Below, piece by piece: positions 44,995 through 49,656 of a DNA stretch of 49,656 nt; the stretch's first letter is position 1; each line of letters begins with the position of its first letter. The stretch is from contig JBMFOM010000002.1 of NCBI GenBank assembly GCA_049969615.1, positions 1 to 49,656 on the forward strand, in the 5' to 3' direction. Under the pieces are notes generated by a model, which was not told the DNA's origin, made no database searches, and was given only the letters and a program-made list of their open reading frames with translations. Made by a program: the position numbers and the translations under genes. Origin of the DNA: a candidate division WOR-3 bacterium. Lineage in GTDB: Bacteria > Hydrothermota > Hydrothermia > JBDRYB01.

Positions 44995-46099
44995 GCTTGC
45001 CGAACTGCCTTTGATGGACCTTCTTCAGATACTCCTCATGAACAAGAAGACCGGCATCCTCATAGTGGAGAGAGGCCATCTTTCAATTGAGGATGAGATA
45101 GGGGACAGGGGGGACCTGTTCATGAGGTCAGGCCAGGTAAAATTCATTTCGTTCAGATACGGGAAGTCCCTCTCGGATGTCCTCTCCCTGATGGGCTATC
45201 AGATTCCAGCGCCGCAGGAGCCTGATGGTTCAGAGCTCAACCTCCTCGTTGAGATACTGGAGTCGGATAACCCCGCTAGAGTTGAGGTCGCTCGGCACGC
45301 GAAACGACTAACAGAGGAGAGGATGGGCGAGTTGCTCCGCTGGCGCAACGGCAAATTCATTTTCAAAGAGATGGAGGTTCCGGAGGCCCTTGACCTGGTG
45401 GAGGTGGATTCCCTTGAGCTCCTCGTCCAGGGCGCGAGGTACATTGACGAGTGGGAGATGGTTTCCTCCAAACTGCCCTCCTTTGAGGTTGTCCCGAAAT
45501 ACCCGGAGACCCTGCCCGATGGTCCCCTCTCATTTTCCCCTTCCGAGTGGCGGGTTCTGGCTTCTGTTGATGGTGTAAGGTCTGTCCGTGAGATAGCGGA
45601 TCAGTTTCCGGAGAGCACCTTTGAGGTCGCCAAGGCCATTGTTTCCCTTCTTGAGAAGGGTGTCCTTGAAGTGGAAGAGCGGGAGACAACCCCAAAGGAT
45701 GTGTTTCCCATGGTTCACAGGCTCCTCCTTTCCGCTTGGGAACGTTTTGACATGGAGGAGTTTGACCAGGCAGAGAACCTTGCGACCCAGGTTTTGGCCC
45801 TTGATCCAACGCTTTCTGCGGCGCACCTCTTTCTCGCGGAGGTCTATTATGCGCAAGGAAAATACAAGGACGCGGCCCGCAGATACATAGAAGCGATGCG
45901 CCGAGACCCCAACCTCTCCCCCAGGGTCAACTACCATCTCGCCTGTTCACTGGTTATGAGCGGGGATTTTGATTTTGCTATGGGTGTTCTTGACGAGGCA
46001 AGCGTTGTCGGAGGCCATCCGAAGGCCGCGGAGCTAAAATCCCTCCTTGAGAAGACCCTCTCCATGCTCATGTCCAAAGAGAGGAGCTTTGAGGAATAG
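44978..46099 (+). CDS. PATAN/DUF4388 domain protein with C-terminal TPRs
   Basis: 373 aa. N-terminal DUF4388 signature (GELAELPLMDLLQILLMNKKTGILIVERG ... RSGQVKFI), a winged-helix-like SPSEWRVLASVDGVRSVREIA segment and TPRs at the C-terminus. 17-nt overlap with the upstream TPR gene. Confidence 0.7.
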   Translation: MPLRGELAELPLMDLLQILLMNKKTGILIVERGHLSIEDEIGDRGDLFMRSGQVKFISFRYGKSLSDVLSLMGYQIPAPQEPDGSELNLLVEILESDNPARVEVARHAKRLTEERMGELLRWRNGKFIFKEMEVPEALDLVEVDSLELLVQGARYIDEWEMVSSKLPSFEVVPKYPETLPDGPLSFSPSEWRVLASVDGVRSVREIADQFPESTFEVAKAIVSLLEKGVLEVEERETTPKDVFPMVHRLLLSAWERFDMEEFDQAENLATQVLALDPTLSAAHLFLAEVYYAQGKYKDAARRYIEAMRRDPNLSPRVNYHLACSLVMSGDFDFAMGVLDEASVVGGHPKAAELKSLLEKTLSMLMSKERSFEE

Positions 46100-46135
46100 T
46101 CGGGGTTCTTCGGTTTTTGAGGGGGAAAATAGGAT

Positions 46136-46167
46136 GAAACCCCTGAAAAATCCCGGTTTGTCCCTGG
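46136..46167 (-). repeat. Partial inverted copy (F) of the repeat 3' module
   Basis: The reverse complement CCAGGGACAAACCGGGATTTTTCAGGGGTTTC matches the copy C/D 3' module. Its TTGTCC supplies the apparent -35 of the osmC promoter. Confidence 0.65.
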
Positions 46168-46187
46168 CCTGACTAATACCCTATAAT
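46158..46187 (+). promoter_or_regulatory. Putative osmC promoter
   Basis: TTGTCC, 18-nt spacer, TATAAT (46182-46187). The GTG start lies 6 nt downstream. Confidence 0.4.
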
Positions 46188-46193
46188 TTCACT

Positions 46194-46604
46194 GTGAAAA
46201 TAAGGCTTTCGCATGAGTCCGGCATGAGGTTTGTCGCGCAGGGCCCCCCTGGCCGCACCTTTAGCTTTGATGCCAGTCCGGATCAGGGGGGGACAGGTCC
46301 CACCCCGATGGAGACCCTCCTGGCGTGCGCTGGCGCGTGCACTGGAATGGACATGGTTTCCCTCCTGGGTAAAATGGGCGTCCGGTTCTCTGACTTCTGG
46401 ATTGAGCTGGATGGCGAGAGGGCAGGGGAGCACCCCAGGGTCTATAAGGCCATAAGGCTTGAATACCACTTCGTCGGCCAGGAATCCGACAGAGAGAAAT
46501 ACGAGCGAGCGGCCTCGTTATCCATGGAAAAATACTGCTCGGTTTCCGCGCACCTGAAGGCCATTGCCAGGATTGATTGGGTTGTGGTGATCCACGAGTC
46601 ATAG
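46194..46604 (+). CDS. OsmC/Ohr-family peroxiredoxin-like protein
   Basis: 136 aa. OsmC pattern (PTPMETLLACAGACTGMDMVSLL ... MEKYCSVSAHL) with both conserved Cys. Confidence 0.85.
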   Translation: MKIRLSHESGMRFVAQGPPGRTFSFDASPDQGGTGPTPMETLLACAGACTGMDMVSLLGKMGVRFSDFWIELDGERAGEHPRVYKAIRLEYHFVGQESDREKYERAASLSMEKYCSVSAHLKAIARIDWVVVIHES

Positions 46605-46888
46605 CCTAAAACCGTCGCTGATCCCTAATTTGCGCGCGTTCTCCTGTGGGCTTTATCATTTGAGGCCGAAGAGGAGGTGAGATTATTTTTCTCACGGATG
46701 GTTTCTGGAAGAGGTTAGAGAGAGGGCCAGCCGAGGCCCGGGACCGGAGGGTCAAAACGGGTACAGAGGGTGGAATAGAGAGGTGGATCGGAACCGGATA
46801 CTCCTCGGCCGAAAAGCCTTTCCTGGCTGGGGTTGAGGCCGCGAGGGAAGCCCAGGAGAAGCTGGGTAATAAACAGCCCGGTTTCGTC

Positions 46889-47998
46889 ATGTGTTTCATA
46901 GCTGGCCAATATGACTACAAATCCGTTCTCACCGGGGTGAAAGAGGTTATGTCCGTGCCCGTGATTGGTGCGGAGGCTCCCGGAGGGCTTTTTAACGAGG
47001 ATATTGTGGCGGGCCGTGGGGTCATGACCGCGGCTTTCTCCCTTGCTGATGCAAGGTTTGCCCTTGGGATGGGAGGAGGCTTTGTCTCGGGAACCGACAG
47101 GGCGCTCGCCTCTGCCCTTGGCGCCATATCCGATGCCGAAACCAGGGCCAGGGCCGACGGATACGAGCACGCTGGGCTTTACATCATAGCGCCCAATTCC
47201 TATCCCCTCGTTGGCGAGGCACTTTTCTCTGAGCTCTCGCGACTCTCGGAGAGCTTTGGCGTTATATCCGCCGGCATCCTCGGCAAGGTCAACGAACCCA
47301 GCTTTGTTTCGGTCTTCTGGGAGGGCGATACCTATTCGGATCACCTCATAGCGCTCGCCATTTTCTCAAAGACCCCCCTTGTGATGGGCACGGGCCATGG
47401 CTTTCACCCAATATGTCCCCTCCGGGTAACCCTAACAAAGGGCAACCTGATAAAGGAACTGGATGACCAGCCCGTTGATTGGTCCCTCAAGGAGATACTC
47501 GGCAAAAGAGGAGTGAAGGTTGAGGAGCTCTACAACACTGCCTACGCTGATGAGGTTCTCCCCCGTTATCAGCTCGCGATTGCCCACCCCGATTTCCCCG
47601 GAAAGTTTCGCGCTTTTCTCCCGCTTTCTCTCGAGAAGGGCGGCCTCCGAACGAATGCCATAGTTGAAGAGGGTTCAACCATCTGGTTCATGGAGGCATC
47701 CGAAGAAGAAATGCTTGAATCCGTTGATCGAGGCGTAAAAGAAGCCATGATAAGAACCAGGGGCGCCAAGGTCGCGGGCGCGATGATCTACGAGAGCCTC
47801 ATCAGGATACACCTCTTGGCGGAAAACTATTTCAAAGAAAACGATCTCCTTCGCAAACACCTTGCCGCGCCGTTCTTTGGGGTCGGCACAGTTGAGGAGG
47901 TTGTCATAGCGGATGGCGTTTATCCAGCGGCCCACTCAGGCTCAATAAGCATTTCGCTATTCACCACCACTCCCACGGTAAAGGGAAAAGGCACATGA
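46889..47998 (+). CDS. FIST-domain sensor protein (annotated from the first ATG; the true start is probably upstream)
   Basis: FIST_N/FIST_C-like sequence. The in-frame upstream residues GTGYSSAEKPFLAGVEAAREAQEKLGNKQPGFV also look like the FIST N-terminus, but they contain no ATG, GTG or TTG codon. Confidence 0.7.
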   Translation: MCFIAGQYDYKSVLTGVKEVMSVPVIGAEAPGGLFNEDIVAGRGVMTAAFSLADARFALGMGGGFVSGTDRALASALGAISDAETRARADGYEHAGLYIIAPNSYPLVGEALFSELSRLSESFGVISAGILGKVNEPSFVSVFWEGDTYSDHLIALAIFSKTPLVMGTGHGFHPICPLRVTLTKGNLIKELDDQPVDWSLKEILGKRGVKVEELYNTAYADEVLPRYQLAIAHPDFPGKFRAFLPLSLEKGGLRTNAIVEEGSTIWFMEASEEEMLESVDRGVKEAMIRTRGAKVAGAMIYESLIRIHLLAENYFKENDLLRKHLAAPFFGVGTVEEVVIADGVYPAAHSGSISISLFTTTPTVKGKGT

Positions 47999-48180
47999 CT
48001 GGGTGCCAAATCACCCCTTGATCCTGCGCAACTCACCAGCTGTAGGCTGTGATCCTTATTAAGGGATTAGCCCACCTAACATTACTCAGTCTACCTTTGG
48101 AACCCGGGCGCGGCTCAATCTGAGGTCAAAGACTTAGAACCATTGCATCATATCTGTCTGGTCTCCCCAAATACAAAAAT

Positions 48181-48209
48181 TTGATCCTGTGCAGGAAGTG
48201 GGTTATAAC
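48181..48209 (+). promoter_or_regulatory. rRNA operon promoter P1 (same cassette as tdh / GT39 / riboswitch)
   Basis: TTGATC CTGTGCAGGAAGTGGGT TATAAC (17-nt spacer). Confidence 0.6.
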
Positions 48210-48311
48210 TTGAGAAGCTCAATTTTTGCTCTGAGATCGCCAAACCCTTGCCCCAACTTGGATAGAGCCAAAGGAGCACAATCGGCTAAGGGAACCCCCT
48301 TGACAGGGGAC

Positions 48312-48340
48312 TTGATCGGCCATGACAAATCGGTTATAAT
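48312..48340 (+). promoter_or_regulatory. rRNA operon promoter P2
   Basis: TTGATC GGCCATGACAAATCGGT TATAAT (17-nt spacer), about 85 nt upstream of the 16S 5' end. Confidence 0.6.
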
Positions 48341-48422
48341 ATTCACCCTAGCAGAGGGATTAGCTCTTTGACAAAAAGATAGTGTGTTTCCGGTGGGACA
48401 GATTACCCTTGCCATGAACTTT

Positions 48423-49656
<1,234 letters not shown>

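Overview
Chromosomal window from a moderately GC-rich, outer-membrane-bearing bacterium that looks like an uncultured lineage. It ends inside a 16S rRNA gene. Most of the content is housekeeping. On the minus strand: rsfS-argS-beta-CASP hydrolase, then a long cluster running tRNA-Gly/tRNA-Thr, Tat-signal PqqD-like protein, rpmE, SPOR protein, rdgB, gmhB, a hypothetical and folC. On the plus strand: grpE-dnaK-dnaJ, a HIT protein, and an rpsU-mutS2-dnaG-rpoD operon. The rest is envelope or accessory: three lipoproteins (two are tandem paralogs), a GT28-type and two GT-C/GT39-type glycosyltransferases, several beta-barrel/OmpA/PD40/TPR proteins, an RqcH-like NFACT protein, tdh, OsmC and FIST. There is also a cobalamin riboswitch controlling a short TonB-dependent receptor plus a beta-propeller lipoprotein, and a CheY-CheC-TPR-PATAN(DUF4388) operon. 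I found no CRISPR array, transposase, integrase, toxin-antitoxin or recognisable defence genes. The least ordinary signals are non-coding. (1) A mosaic intergenic repeat family has at least 8 copies in both orientations, and one fragment forms the C-terminus of a glycosyltransferase. (2) A promoter cassette with a conserved spacer and a palindromic core is shared by rRNA P1, tdh, a GT39 gene and the B12 riboswitch. (3) Start codons repeatedly lie 6-12 nt after a -10 hexamer with no Shine-Dalgarno, suggesting widespread leaderless mRNAs. All calls rest on reading motifs by eye; no database search was possible.
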